A DNA stretch of 60,828 bases, taken from positions 1 to 60,828 of the forward strand of contig JBGPGA010000001.1 in NCBI GenBank assembly GCA_041483635.1, in the 5' to 3' direction. The DNA is from Thermoplasmata archaeon (lineage in GTDB: Archaea; Thermoplasmatota; Thermoplasmata; RBG-16-68-12). Both the position numbers and the translations under genes were made by a program. Shown one piece after another: positions 32,931-42,334 of the stretch (its first letter is position 1; each line of letters starts with the position of its first letter). The notes beneath the pieces are model-generated. The model was not told where the DNA came from. It saw only the letters and a program-made list of their open reading frames with translations, and did not search any database.

Positions 32931-33331
32931 CGTCCGTGGACGACCGCGCGGTGCGTCTGGAACACGTCCTGGCCGAACTCCTTGCCGCAGTCCGGGCAGC
33001 GCACGCGGGGCCTCGAGCGGTTCGGGTCCTGGCGACCTAGTGCGCCGAGGACCTGCGCCATCTCGAACGCGATCGCCTCGGACTCCGCCTCGGAGCCGTG
33101 GAAGCTCGAATGGGCGTTCTCCCGCAGGTAGTCCACGTGGAGGTCGATCTCCGCTCCCCGGGGCACGGCTTCGAGGCCGTGGGTCTCGAGCCGCATGTGG
33201 AAGCGCCGGCCGCGGCGGAGCGGCTTGAAGGCGACGAGGTCGAACGTCTCGCGCTTCACGCGGTAGCCCGAGGTCAGGAACGCGGCCTCGATTGCGTGGA
33301 GCGTCATGCGCCGCGACAGGGACGCCTTCAT
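32909..33331 (-). CDS. hypothetical protein with a C-terminal C2H2-type zinc finger
   Basis: CPDCGKEFGQDVFQTHRAVVH at the C-terminus. The N-terminal SGYRVKRETFDLVAFKP...RFHMRLE is weakly nuclease-fold-like. It lies directly downstream of the UPF0179 gene. Confidence 0.5.
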   Translation of the reverse strand: MKASLSRRMTLHAIEAAFLTSGYRVKRETFDLVAFKPLRRGRRFHMRLETHGLEAVPRGAEIDLHVDYLRENAHSSFHGSEAESEAIAFEMAQVLGALGRQDPNRSRPRVRCPDCGKEFGQDVFQTHRAVVHGRQGNPRL

Positions 33332-33341
33332 GGAAGGGTCA

Positions 33342-33776
33342 TCACTCCGAATAGGTCACGTGGGCGGGGACGATTTCGTATCCGAGGGGGCAGTCCAGTT
33401 CCCGCCCGACATCCTGGATTCGCAGGCGCTGGCCCGCTTCGATGCCGATCGGATGGCACAGCCGGTAGTTCGGGCAGGCCGCGTTCGCGCAGACGAGCGG
33501 TTCGTAGCCGACGATCGCGCCTTCGATGCCGGCCCGCACGGGGACGCTGCACTCCGGCGGGGCCGCCTCGACCTCGACCACGCGGGCGCGTTCCTCGTTC
33601 AGCAGGCAGGGGTGGCTCACCTCCCGCACGTGCGTGATCCGATACCGCCGCCCGGCCTCTTGGTTCAGGCAGGCGACCTTCACGCGGCATTCGCGGCACT
33701 CGGGTTGGGGCCCCCGGTACACAAACTCGTGGCCCTCGGCGGACTGACGCTCCCCCACCAACGTGATCTGAGCCAC
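33342..33776 (-). CDS. UPF0179-family archaeal protein
   Basis: ITLVGERQSAEGHEFVYRGPQPECRECRVKVACLNQEAGRRYRITHVREVSHPC matches my memory of the Cys-rich UPF0179 family of about 145 aa. Confidence 0.65.
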   Translation of the reverse strand: MAQITLVGERQSAEGHEFVYRGPQPECRECRVKVACLNQEAGRRYRITHVREVSHPCLLNEERARVVEVEAAPPECSVPVRAGIEGAIVGYEPLVCANAACPNYRLCHPIGIEAGQRLRIQDVGRELDCPLGYEIVPAHVTYSE

Positions 33777-34034
33777 GAGGCTCCCCGCTGGGCTTACGCC
33801 CCGATCGGACTTAAGACCACCGCCGAGCGCGACCCGAGCCTCCGTCGGGGCGGCATCTTCATCTAGGGGTCGTCATTTCGGAGGGGCGGTCCTGTGGACC
33901 AGGAGGTTCCCGGCGATGATGTCTGAATGGGTTTTCCGATCGGCGCCGGGAGCCTTGTGAGATCGTCCTCGGCTCTCCGGCGCTCGTGAGCTTGGGTTGC
34001 GAACGCTGTCACCGTTGAACTTGAGAGTCAGGGA

Positions 34035-34775
34035 ATGCCCAACGAACCATACCTGGACGCGAGCGTCCAGTGGCGAATCAAGGCGGGAACGCTCGACCTG
34101 CACGAGTCGGGGTACCGCTCGACCGTGGAGGCCATCCTCTCCTCGGGCTTGGCGACGGAGGTCGTGGGCCTCGTCAGCGCAGGCAAGGAGGCGGACGTGT
34201 ACCTGGGGCGGTACCACGGCGCGCCCCTCGCCATCAAGGCGTACCGCCTCTATCGCACGTCCCACCGTGGCGGCGGACCGATCAAGGTGGATGCGATGGG
34301 CTGGCGCGCCGCGCATGAGTTCGAGATCACCCGCCAGGCGTGGAAAGGAGGCGCGCGCGTGCCCGCGCCCGCCCAACGCGTCGAGAACATGTTCTCCATG
34401 CGATACCTCGGCGGGGACGATGGGCCCTCTCCCCGGCTCCAGGACGTGCGGCTCGAGCAGGCCGAGCCCTTCCTGGATGCGGTGCTGGATGGGGTCGAGT
34501 CCCTCGCGCGGGCCGGTGTGGTCCATGGCGATCTGAGCGCCTTCAACATCCTCGTCCATCAGGGCGGGCCCTGGTTCATCGACTTCAGCGAAGGCCTCCG
34601 GGTCGACCGCATCGGAACGTCCGCGTGGATTCGCCTCACCGAAGCCACCGAGGCACTCCGGAACGGACTGGCCGCGCTGGGAGCCTACTTCCGGAAATAC
34701 GGGCTCTCGATCGACATCGAGCCGTTCGTCGAACGGCTCATCGACTCGCGCGACAAGTTCGGCGTGCTCAGATGA
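34035..34775 (+). CDS. RIO-type serine protein kinase
   Basis: SAGKEADVYLG...LAIKAYR (ATP-binding Lys), VHGDLSAFNILV (catalytic loop) and IDFSEG (metal-binding). Confidence 0.8.
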   Translation: MPNEPYLDASVQWRIKAGTLDLHESGYRSTVEAILSSGLATEVVGLVSAGKEADVYLGRYHGAPLAIKAYRLYRTSHRGGGPIKVDAMGWRAAHEFEITRQAWKGGARVPAPAQRVENMFSMRYLGGDDGPSPRLQDVRLEQAEPFLDAVLDGVESLARAGVVHGDLSAFNILVHQGGPWFIDFSEGLRVDRIGTSAWIRLTEATEALRNGLAALGAYFRKYGLSIDIEPFVERLIDSRDKFGVLR

Positions 34776-35844
34776 CCTTCGTGATCCGCGCAAGCCGCTC
34801 GGCGGCCTCTTCCGTGAGGCCCGTGTCGCCCAGGATCGTGTAGCGGTCCTTCGCGATCTCGTGCGCGTGGACGAGGGCCTGGACGACCTCGTCGTCCGTG
34901 ACGCCGAGCGCGTGGGCCGTCGTGGGTGCGCCGATCGCCAGCAGGGCTTCGCGCACCTCCTCCCAGTTCCCGGCGTGGAGGTACATCATCATGATCGTGC
35001 CCACGCCACACTGCTCCCCATGGAGCGCGGGCTTCTTCGCGATCCGGTCGAGCGCATGGGAGAACTTGTGCTCGCTCCCGGACGCGGGCCGGGACGAGCC
35101 GGCGATGGACATCGCGACCCCGCTCGACACGAGGGCCTTGCAGACGAACCAGGCGCTCTCCTCGAGGCGGGGTTTGATCGTCGCCGCGTTCTCGATCACG
35201 AGGCGCGCGGCCAGCTCGCTCAGGGCGGCCGCGTACGAGGAATAGTACTCATTCCTCAGGTTCCGCGCAAGGGCCCAGTCCTTCACGGCGGTGAGGTTCG
35301 AGATGATGTCGCCGCAGCCCGCGGCCAGGAGGCGGAACGGCGACTCGGCGATGATTCCTGTATCCATGATGACGGCGATCGGCGTCTGCGCCGCGAGGCT
35401 CACCTTCTCCCCGCCTTTCGTGATCGACGCGCGAGAGGACACGACGCCGTCGTGGCTCGCGGCCGTCGGCACGCTGACGAACGGGACGCCCGCGTTGAAG
35501 GAGGCGCACTTGGCCACGTCGATCGGCCGACCGCCGCCGACGCCGAGGGCGAAGTCGAACTCACCCTTCCGGATGCGGTCCTCCGCCTCCCGGACCTCCT
35601 CCATCGTGGCGTCGGGGATCAGGTAGACCTGCGTCTTGATGCGCTTCTTCGCGAGGCACTCGACGACCGTCGCACCCGCGACCTTCATCGTGATCTCGTC
35701 GGCGACGAGGAGCGCTTTTCGTCCGAGCTTGAGGGACGCGCAGACCTCCCCCGTTTGGAGGATGCCGTCGTGACCCACGACCACGTTGCGCGGCAGCTCC
35801 ATGGCCTTCGTCTTGGAGAAGGACTCTACGTCGAAGGTCGTCAC
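34768..35844 (-). CDS. egsA: NAD(P)-dependent glycerol-1-phosphate dehydrogenase
   Basis: Iron-containing alcohol dehydrogenase fold: LPRNVVVGHD, GVGGGRPIDVAK, SHDGVVS and GSEHKFSHAL. GTG 35844 lies about 40 nt downstream of the AGATTTAAGTAGC box. ATG 35802 is an alternative start. Confidence 0.8.
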   Translation of the reverse strand: MTTFDVESFSKTKAMELPRNVVVGHDGILQTGEVCASLKLGRKALLVADEITMKVAGATVVECLAKKRIKTQVYLIPDATMEEVREAEDRIRKGEFDFALGVGGGRPIDVAKCASFNAGVPFVSVPTAASHDGVVSSRASITKGGEKVSLAAQTPIAVIMDTGIIAESPFRLLAAGCGDIISNLTAVKDWALARNLRNEYYSSYAAALSELAARLVIENAATIKPRLEESAWFVCKALVSSGVAMSIAGSSRPASGSEHKFSHALDRIAKKPALHGEQCGVGTIMMMYLHAGNWEEVREALLAIGAPTTAHALGVTDDEVVQALVHAHEIAKDRYTILGDTGLTEEAAERLARITKVI

Positions 35845-35972
35845 GCGCCTGCCCTGAAGCGGGACCAAGGGGGTGTCGCTACTTAAATCTGAGGCCGTGG
35901 GCCACCCGACTCTTTCAGGTCGGAGGGCCACCGCGGAAAGTTTAAGCGAGCCTTCCCGGATGGAAGCCTTCC

Positions 35973-38099
35973 ATGCCTCCGTCCCCGCCCGAGGATCTCG
36001 CCCGCGGGGAATCCGAGTTCCTCCGCGGGAACGATCTCTGCGACGCGCATCGGTTCGAGGACGCGATCGAGTGCTATGACCGCGCCGTCGCGCTCGGCTA
36101 CGAAGACCACGTCCTCTGGAACAACCGAGGCGTGGCGCTGGACGGCCTCGGCCGGGATGAGGAGGCCCTCGGCTCCTACCGCAAGGCCCTGGACCGCAAG
36201 GCGGACTACGAGGTCGCCTGGTACAACCTCGGGAACGCGCAGGCCCACCTCGGCCGGTTCGAACCGGCCCTCGAGGCGTATGACCGCGCCCTCGCCCTCC
36301 GCGCGGACTACGCGGACGTCGTCTTCGACAAGGCCGCGGCCCTCGCCCATCTCGGGCGGACGAAGGCCGCGCTCGCCCTCTTCGACGACTTCCTGCGGCG
36401 GGAGCCGCGGAACGGGACGGCCTGGATTCGGAAAGGCCGTCTCCTCCTCGATCTGGACCGGCCCGAGGAGGCGGCCGAGGCGCTCGAGGCGGCGGTGGGT
36501 TTGAGCGCAGCGGACGCCTCGGCGTGGTCCACGCTCGGCGATGCGCGCTTCGCCCTCGAGCGGTACGAGGAGGCGATCGAGGCGTACGACCGCGCGCTCG
36601 CGATCAAGCCGGACGATGCCCCCGCGTGGAACAACAAGGGCTTCACGTTCTTCATGCTCGGGATCCACGACGAGGCCCTGCGGTGCTACGACCGCGCGAT
36701 CGCCCTCGACCCGCATTACAAGGCGGCCTGGTACAACAAGGGATACACGCTCCACGGCATCGACCGCCTCGAGGAGGCGGTCGTCTGCTACAAGAAGGCC
36801 CTCGAGTTCGACGTGGGCGACGAGGTTCTCTGGAACAACCTCGGGAACGCGCTCTACAACCTGGGCCGCTACGAGGAATCGATTCCCTACTTCGAGAAGG
36901 CGATCGATGTGAACCCGAGGTACGAGATCGCCTGGAACAACATCGGAAACGCGCTCAACAAGATGGGGAAGTGGGCCGAGTCGCTGAAGTACCACGACAA
37001 ATCCCTCCAGATCAAACCGGACTTCGACTATGCGCTGTACGCGAAGGGCGAGAGCCTCCACAAGCTCGGCCGCCATGAGGAGGGCCTCGAGCTCATCACG
37101 CAGAGCCTCGAGCTCAACCCGAACTACGACCACGCCTGGATGGCGAAGGCGGAGACCCTCCACGCCCTCGGCCGCCTCGAGGAGTGCCGGGACGCGCTCA
37201 ACAACGCGCTCATCCTGAACCCGGGGTACGAGGACGCGTGGATCTTCCGAGGCCACGTGCTCGAGGAGATCGGGAATGCCCTCGAGGCGGAGCGCTGCTA
37301 CGAGGAGGCCCTGGGCTGCCTCGATGCGGCCCTCGAGATGGACGCATCGGACACGGCCGCATGGCTGAAGAAGGCCCGCCTCCTGGACGAGCTCGAGCGG
37401 ACGGAGGAGGCCCTCGAGGCGTACACGGCCGCGGCGGCCCGCGCGAAGGACGCCGAGCCGTACGCCGCCCTCGCAGACAGTTTGATCCGCGCCGGACGGG
37501 GATCGGACGCCCTCCCCCCGGCGGACGAGGCCCGCCTCCGGTTTCCGGAGGATCCGCGAGGATGGCACGTGGCCGGACGGGTGTGGCTCGCCCGCGGAGA
37601 CCCGGAGCGGGCCCTGCCCTTTCTAGAGAAGGCCGCGTCCCTGAAGGACGAGGCTGGGGTGCGTGTCGACCGGGCCCGCGCCCTGGCCGGGCTCGGGCGG
37701 ATCCTGGAGGCGGTGGAGAGCCTGGGCGACGGAGCCACGCTCGGCGCGGCCTCCCAGCTCCTCCGGGCGGACTGGCTCCACGCCCTCGGGAGGACGGAGG
37801 ACGCCCTCGCCGCCTGCGAGGCCGCCCTCCGGGCCGATCCCGCGGTCCGGGACGTCGCGTACCACCGCAAGGGCACGTTCCTCCTCGCGGCGGGTCGGCC
37901 GAAGGAGGCCGCCGCCTGCTTCGACGCGGCGCTCGGCGTGAACCCAGACGATCCGGAGTACTGGTGCGACGCGGCGGTTGCCTGGCGGTCGTGCGGCCAG
38001 GAGGCGAAGGCCCGGCGCCTGCTGGACCGTGCGCTGGACCTGGACCCCCGTCTCGAACGGGCGCTCCGCCTCCGGGACCTGACCCCCGTCTCGGAGTAG
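35973..38099 (+). CDS. tetratricopeptide-repeat (TPR) protein, about 20 repeats
   Basis: 708 aa with a 34-residue periodicity: W.N.G.AL..LGR.EEAL..YD.AL.L.P. A GAAAGTTTAAGCG box lies about 30 nt before the ATG. Confidence 0.85.
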   Translation: MPPSPPEDLARGESEFLRGNDLCDAHRFEDAIECYDRAVALGYEDHVLWNNRGVALDGLGRDEEALGSYRKALDRKADYEVAWYNLGNAQAHLGRFEPALEAYDRALALRADYADVVFDKAAALAHLGRTKAALALFDDFLRREPRNGTAWIRKGRLLLDLDRPEEAAEALEAAVGLSAADASAWSTLGDARFALERYEEAIEAYDRALAIKPDDAPAWNNKGFTFFMLGIHDEALRCYDRAIALDPHYKAAWYNKGYTLHGIDRLEEAVVCYKKALEFDVGDEVLWNNLGNALYNLGRYEESIPYFEKAIDVNPRYEIAWNNIGNALNKMGKWAESLKYHDKSLQIKPDFDYALYAKGESLHKLGRHEEGLELITQSLELNPNYDHAWMAKAETLHALGRLEECRDALNNALILNPGYEDAWIFRGHVLEEIGNALEAERCYEEALGCLDAALEMDASDTAAWLKKARLLDELERTEEALEAYTAAAARAKDAEPYAALADSLIRAGRGSDALPPADEARLRFPEDPRGWHVAGRVWLARGDPERALPFLEKAASLKDEAGVRVDRARALAGLGRILEAVESLGDGATLGAASQLLRADWLHALGRTEDALAACEAALRADPAVRDVAYHRKGTFLLAAGRPKEAAACFDAALGVNPDDPEYWCDAAVAWRSCGQEAKARRLLDRALDLDPRLERALRLRDLTPVSE

Positions 38100-38102
38100 C
38101 CG

Positions 38103-38107
38103 TTTTT
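38103..38107 (+). terminator. oligo-T tract (T5) immediately after the TPR gene stop
   Basis: TAG at 38097-38099 is followed by CGTTTTTCATTCTC. Archaeal terminators are typically short oligo-T runs. Confidence 0.4.
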
Positions 38108-38184
38108 CATTCTCCGCCATTAATAAAAATAACACGCGACGACCCCGGGAAGGGTTATCTCCTGCGGGTTCATGGGGGCCCCCG

Positions 38185-38682
38185 ATGGTCCTCAAGGTCC
38201 GCCACCGTACCCGCCTGCGGCGCAAGGAAGTCGAGGGATGGTTCGACCGCCTCGCGGAGGACTTCGGGATGGCGATGCCCCCTGACGACACGCCGATCGA
38301 CCAGGCGGACGCGGGAGCCATGCGCCTCCTGCTCCTCGACGACGACGCGATCGCCCTGATCCTGGGCGACACGATTGGACCCACGGTGCGCGGCCTGCTC
38401 GCCTTTCCCGCCACGAAGCGGCACGTGACCGTCGATATGGGCGCGGTCCCGTTCGTCTACAACGGGGCTGACGTGATGGCGCCCGGGATCGTCGGCGCAG
38501 ACCCCGCGATCCGGACGGGCGACCTCGTGTGGGTGCGGGACGAGAAGAACCGCCAGCCCCTCTCGGTCGGGCGCGCGATCATGGACGGTCCGACGATGGC
38601 GCGCGAGGAGCGGGGGAAGGCGATCGAGACGATCCATCACGTCGGAGACGACCTGTGGCGCCTCGGGGAGGAGGAGTCGTGA
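38185..38682 (+). CDS. PUA-domain RNA-binding protein
   Basis: The C-terminal VTVDMGAVPFVYNGADVMAPGIVGADPAIRTGDLVWVRDEKNRQPLSVGRA matches the PUA fold pattern. A TTAATAAAAATAA box lies about 55 nt upstream. Confidence 0.7.
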   Translation: MVLKVRHRTRLRRKEVEGWFDRLAEDFGMAMPPDDTPIDQADAGAMRLLLLDDDAIALILGDTIGPTVRGLLAFPATKRHVTVDMGAVPFVYNGADVMAPGIVGADPAIRTGDLVWVRDEKNRQPLSVGRAIMDGPTMAREERGKAIETIHHVGDDLWRLGEEES

Positions 38683-38683
38683 C

Positions 38684-39349
38684 GTGGCCCCACTCCGCGC
38701 GATTCTGTTCGACGTCGACGGCACCCTCCTCGACACGCGGGACGCCTGGGTCGCCGCGTTCGACGACGGCTTGTCCGCCGTCGGGTCCCGGGCGATGCCG
38801 GGCATCGAGGGCGCCCGGTGGATCGGAACCCCCATCGAGACGATTTACGGAGAGCGTTGCGGTCTCACGGGCGACACCCTGAAGGCCGCGGTCCACGAGT
38901 TCCAGCGGAGCGAAGCGGACTCCCTCCGCCGAGGGGTGCGCGTCTATCCCGGCGTCGCGGAGATGCTCGCCTCCCTCTCGAGCTGGCAGCTTGCGACGAT
39001 CACGAACAAGCGCCACGACACGACCGTGGAGGCCCTCCGGCTCGCCGGACTCGCCGATCGGTTCGTGCTCGTCCTCGGCGGCGATTCCGTGATGCGAAAG
39101 AAGCCGTCCCCCGACCCGGTCCTCCAGGCGGCTGAGGCTCTGAGGATTCCCGCGGCCGCCTGCGCGGTCGTGGGCGACACGGAGAATGACGTGCGCGCGG
39201 GCCGCGAGGCAGGCGCCGTGACGATCGGGGTGACGTGGGGGTACGGATCGCGGGCGCGACTCGAGGAGGCCGGGGTCGGGTACCTCGTCGAGACCCCCGC
39301 GGCCCTGCCTCCCCTCGCGAGGGCCCTCACGCCCAGTACGGGGACTTGA
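38684..39349 (+). CDS. HAD-superfamily hydrolase (phosphoglycolate phosphatase-like)
   Basis: ILFDVDGTLLDT (motif I), ATITNK (motif II) and VGDTENDVRAGREAG (motif IV). Confidence 0.8.
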   Translation: MAPLRAILFDVDGTLLDTRDAWVAAFDDGLSAVGSRAMPGIEGARWIGTPIETIYGERCGLTGDTLKAAVHEFQRSEADSLRRGVRVYPGVAEMLASLSSWQLATITNKRHDTTVEALRLAGLADRFVLVLGGDSVMRKKPSPDPVLQAAEALRIPAAACAVVGDTENDVRAGREAGAVTIGVTWGYGSRARLEEAGVGYLVETPAALPPLARALTPSTGT

Positions 39350-40271
39350 GGTACTTGTAGACGGACATCACCGCGGTCACGGCCTCTCCGCATGCCGTGA
39401 CGATGCGTTTGTCCTTGCCCGGATACGAGACGATGTCGCCGCACGCGTACACGCCCGGGACGGACGTGGACATGTCGGCCTTCACCTTGATGAGCCGCTC
39501 GCCCTCCAGGGCGATCCCCCACCGGGGGAGGGGTGTGGTCTTCGGCTCGAATCCGATGTTGATCAGGACCGAGTCGATGTCGAAGACGGTCTTCTTGAGC
39601 GTCCGGTTGTCATAGACGACCGCGCGCTCGACGGTCCCGTTCCCTTCGATCGAGGTCAGCTCGGCGTTGAACACGACGCGGATGGGCACCTTGTTCACGG
39701 CCTCGACGTTCTTCTCCATCGCCCGGAACTCGCCGCGGCGGTGGACGAGGGTCACCTCCTTCGCGGACGCAACGATCTCGAGGGCGTACTCGAGGGCGCT
39801 GTCGCCCCCGCCGACGATCAGCACGCGCTTGCCACGGAACTCATGTCGATCCTTGACCTGGTACGTGACCCCTTTGCCCTCGAGCTCCGCCTCCCCGGGG
39901 ATGTCGAGGCGCTTGGGCTCGAAGAGTCCCATCCCGACCGCGAGAATGACCGAGCGGGCTTCGTGCGCCGCGCCGTCGCGGGTCGTGAGCCGGAAGATCT
40001 GCCCGTCCCGCTTGAGGTCCACGACCTCGCCGGCGACCATCTCGGCGCCGCTTTCGCGGGCGTGCATCGTGAAGAGCTCTCCGAGCTCCCCGCCCTCGAT
40101 GGCGATGTAGCTCGGGTAGTCGTACACGGACTTCGTGGGGTAGAGCCAGGCGAGCTGCCCCCCCAACGCCTGGGCCTCCAGGATCAGGGTCGAGAGGCTC
40201 CGCGTCCTCGCGTAGATTCCCGCGGTCAGACCCGCCGGGCCTCCCCCTACGACGACGACGTCGTAGACCAT
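39327..40271 (-). CDS. trxB: thioredoxin-disulfide reductase
   Basis: YDVVVVGGGPAGLTAG, VLIVGGGDSALEYA and VYACGDIV. I did not confirm a CxxC active site by eye, so a ferredoxin-NADP reductase-like relative is also possible. ATG 40271 lies about 31 nt downstream of a TTTTTAAGG box on the minus strand. Confidence 0.75.
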   Translation of the reverse strand: MVYDVVVVGGGPAGLTAGIYARTRSLSTLILEAQALGGQLAWLYPTKSVYDYPSYIAIEGGELGELFTMHARESGAEMVAGEVVDLKRDGQIFRLTTRDGAAHEARSVILAVGMGLFEPKRLDIPGEAELEGKGVTYQVKDRHEFRGKRVLIVGGGDSALEYALEIVASAKEVTLVHRRGEFRAMEKNVEAVNKVPIRVVFNAELTSIEGNGTVERAVVYDNRTLKKTVFDIDSVLINIGFEPKTTPLPRWGIALEGERLIKVKADMSTSVPGVYACGDIVSYPGKDKRIVTACGEAVTAVMSVYKYLKSPYWA

Positions 40272-40466
40272 GGCGTGGGGCGACAAAGACCCCCCCCTTA
40301 AAAATCTTGTGACCCCGCTATTCCCCGCGGCATGGCGTGGCACGAAAGAGCATAGTTATCATACAGCTACTTTTATTTTTATCGCCATTCTGTCAACCCG
40401 ACTCCCGTCTTCACGATACGTTTAAATTCTCCCTCCTGGATATGCCGGAACCAGAAGGGATTTGGG

Positions 40467-40853
40467 ATGGCCTTCATCAAGAAGCCGTTCAAACGCCTCG
40501 CCGAAGGGGGCACCGCCGCAGAGGCCGACACATACATCGACCTGGGGGAGCTGACCTTTGACGGCGACGGCGGAACGCTGGGAGAGCCGGTCGAACACAT
40601 CGTGAAGGTCGCGGAGATCTACCGCTACGAGGACGTGGCGGATCTGACGACCCACGTCTACAACGGGAACATCCTGCTGATCGACTTCACGAGCCTCGCG
40701 AGCGACGAGCTCGCCCTGAAGCGCATCACGGCCGAGCTGAAGAGCGCCATCCGGGACTGCGGCGGCGACGTCGCGGTCGTGGGGAAGAACGTCATGATGG
40801 CCACGCCCGCCGGGATCAAGATCGACCGGGCCAAGATCAAGGGCAACTTCTGA
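40467..40853 (+). CDS. sepF: SepF-like cell-division protein (DUF552)
   Basis: 128 aa. VKVAEIYRYEDVADLTTHVYNGNILLIDFTSLASDELALKRITAELKSAIRDCGGDV matches the archaeal SepF core. Confidence 0.75.
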   Translation: MAFIKKPFKRLAEGGTAAEADTYIDLGELTFDGDGGTLGEPVEHIVKVAEIYRYEDVADLTTHVYNGNILLIDFTSLASDELALKRITAELKSAIRDCGGDVAVVGKNVMMATPAGIKIDRAKIKGNF

Positions 40854-40859
40854 ACCGTT

Positions 40860-41741
40860 TCAGATCCGCCGTCCCCAGCGGCGCGGCCTCGGCGCCTCGT
40901 AGGGCCTCGCCGTGAACCCTTCCGGTCCGTAGTTCAGGACGAAGTAGTCTCGCGAGTGGTTTGTGTGCCGCATCTTCGCGATGCGGACGAGGAGCTGGAC
41001 CTTTCCCTCCCCGACCCCGCTGAACCGGAGCTCGAAGACGCCGTCCGCTAGGAAGGCGACATCGTGGTCCACGCCGGGCCGGGCGGGATCCTGCTCGGCC
41101 AGGACGAACGACGTGGCTCCGAGTCCCCGCAGGAAATGGAAGAAGTGGAACAGCTCCCGCCGCACGTCCTCGATGTGCGTCAGGGCCGCGAGCGCATCGA
41201 GGGAGTCGATGACCACGACGCCCAGGGGGTCCCGCTCCCGACGGCGGCTCAGATAATCCTCCAAGACGCGCACCCAATCCCGGATCTCCTCAGCGCCCGC
41301 GTAATCGAGGCGCAGGCGGCTGATGTCGACGACGAAGTCCTCCGCGTCCCCGAGGCCGAGGCGTTGCATCGTCTGGATGATCGAGTCCCGGCTCTCCTCG
41401 ATCGTGACGTAGACACCGCGCGTCCCCGCCGCGCGGTTCCGGATCAGGGTGTACAGGGCCAGGGAAGTCTTCATCGAGCCGCCCGGCCCGACGATCCCCA
41501 CGACGTGCCCGCGCGGCACGCCTCCCTGGAGCGCCTCGTCGAGACCCTTCACAAAGGTCGGGACGCGCACGTCGCCGCCCTTCGTCCGCGCGGCGAGGGC
41601 GGCTACCTGTTCGCGCAGCCGCCGGACCTCGTCCCGGAGCGTCTGAATTTCGGCTTCCGTCCCGGCCTGCGGCACCGGCGCGCCGCCCCGCTCCATCGGA
41701 ATCGGACCGTCCGGCTCCGCGTTGCCCGCGTCCTGCAACAT
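40860..41741 (-). CDS. single-domain KaiC/RecA-superfamily ATPase with an N-terminal coiled coil (paralog 1)
   Basis: TEAEIQTLRDEVRRLREQVAAL, then FVKGLDEALQGGVPRGHVVGIVGPGGSMKTSL (atypical P-loop), YVTIEES, VVVIDSLD and FLADGVFEL. Confidence 0.8.
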   Translation of the reverse strand: MLQDAGNAEPDGPIPMERGGAPVPQAGTEAEIQTLRDEVRRLREQVAALAARTKGGDVRVPTFVKGLDEALQGGVPRGHVVGIVGPGGSMKTSLALYTLIRNRAAGTRGVYVTIEESRDSIIQTMQRLGLGDAEDFVVDISRLRLDYAGAEEIRDWVRVLEDYLSRRRERDPLGVVVIDSLDALAALTHIEDVRRELFHFFHFLRGLGATSFVLAEQDPARPGVDHDVAFLADGVFELRFSGVGEGKVQLLVRIAKMRHTNHSRDYFVLNYGPEGFTARPYEAPRPRRWGRRI

Positions 41742-41890
41742 CCCGGTCTCCGTGATGCCTCCGCGTCGCTTTACTCTTTGGACCGCCCGGCGAGGACCGC
41801 GTCCTCGGCGCGGTGAGAATCAACCCAAGGCCTCCCTGACGGAATGCTTATATAGGGCCCGGCCCCAGTAGTCTTCCTTCGGGGCGACCC

Positions 41891-42325
41891 ATGTCCGTGA
41901 AGGCTAAGCCTGAGCGTGGACCAGCGGGAACCATCACCGTGGACGACCTCACCCGCGCGATCAAGAATTCGATTGATCGGACCGGGATGAAGGAGGAAGA
42001 GGCCCGCGCGATGGCGACCCACGTCCTCAACTTCTTCGGTTACTCAGAGCGCATCATCGACAACGTCCTCGAGCCCGAGGATCGGGATGCCTTCTACATG
42101 CTCGAGGACTCCGGGATCCTGACGACGGAGCGGGAGGAGACGACCCTCTACGACGGGCGGGAGTGGCGAATCCATTACTGGATGTTCCGCAAGGACCGGA
42201 TCTTCGAGCTCGTCGAGGCCCAGCGCGCGAAGGAAGAGGCCATCGGCGGGCAGACCGTCTACGATGACGTGCCCGAGGACCTCTGGATCGCGCGGCGCGA
42301 GAAGCCCGCGGACGCCCCGAAGTGA
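41891..42325 (+). CDS. conserved archaeal hypothetical protein (144 aa)
   Basis: THVLNFFGYSERIIDNVLEPEDRDAFYMLEDSGILTTEREETTLYDGREWRIHYW is a block I recall as widely conserved in archaea, but I cannot name the family. A GCTTATATAGGG box lies about 35 nt upstream. Confidence 0.6.
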   Translation: MSVKAKPERGPAGTITVDDLTRAIKNSIDRTGMKEEEARAMATHVLNFFGYSERIIDNVLEPEDRDAFYMLEDSGILTTEREETTLYDGREWRIHYWMFRKDRIFELVEAQRAKEEAIGGQTVYDDVPEDLWIARREKPADAPK

Positions 42326-42334
42326 CCATCCGGG

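Noticed and set aside
36241-36270. A GGTTCGAACCGGCC T-arm-like sequence suggesting a tRNA
   Set aside because: It lies inside the TPR coding frame, and no acceptor, D or anticodon stems can be built around it. A similar TTCGAA at about 5527 is also within a coding sequence.
35883-37568. 561-aa minus-strand ORF antisense to the TPR gene
   Set aside because: The plus strand shows clean 34-residue TPR periodicity. The antisense translation is repetitive only as a mirror of that.
35973-38099. Periodic DNA repeats that might suggest a CRISPR-like array
   Set aside because: The roughly 102-nt periodicity corresponds to TPR codons in one long ORF. There are no identical short repeats separated by unique spacers.
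40337-40561. 74-aa plus-strand ORF in the trxB-sepF intergenic region, overlapping sepF
   Set aside because: It begins in AT-rich promoter-like DNA containing two TATA-like boxes. It overlaps the well-supported sepF frame, and its translation becomes Arg-rich out-of-frame sequence.
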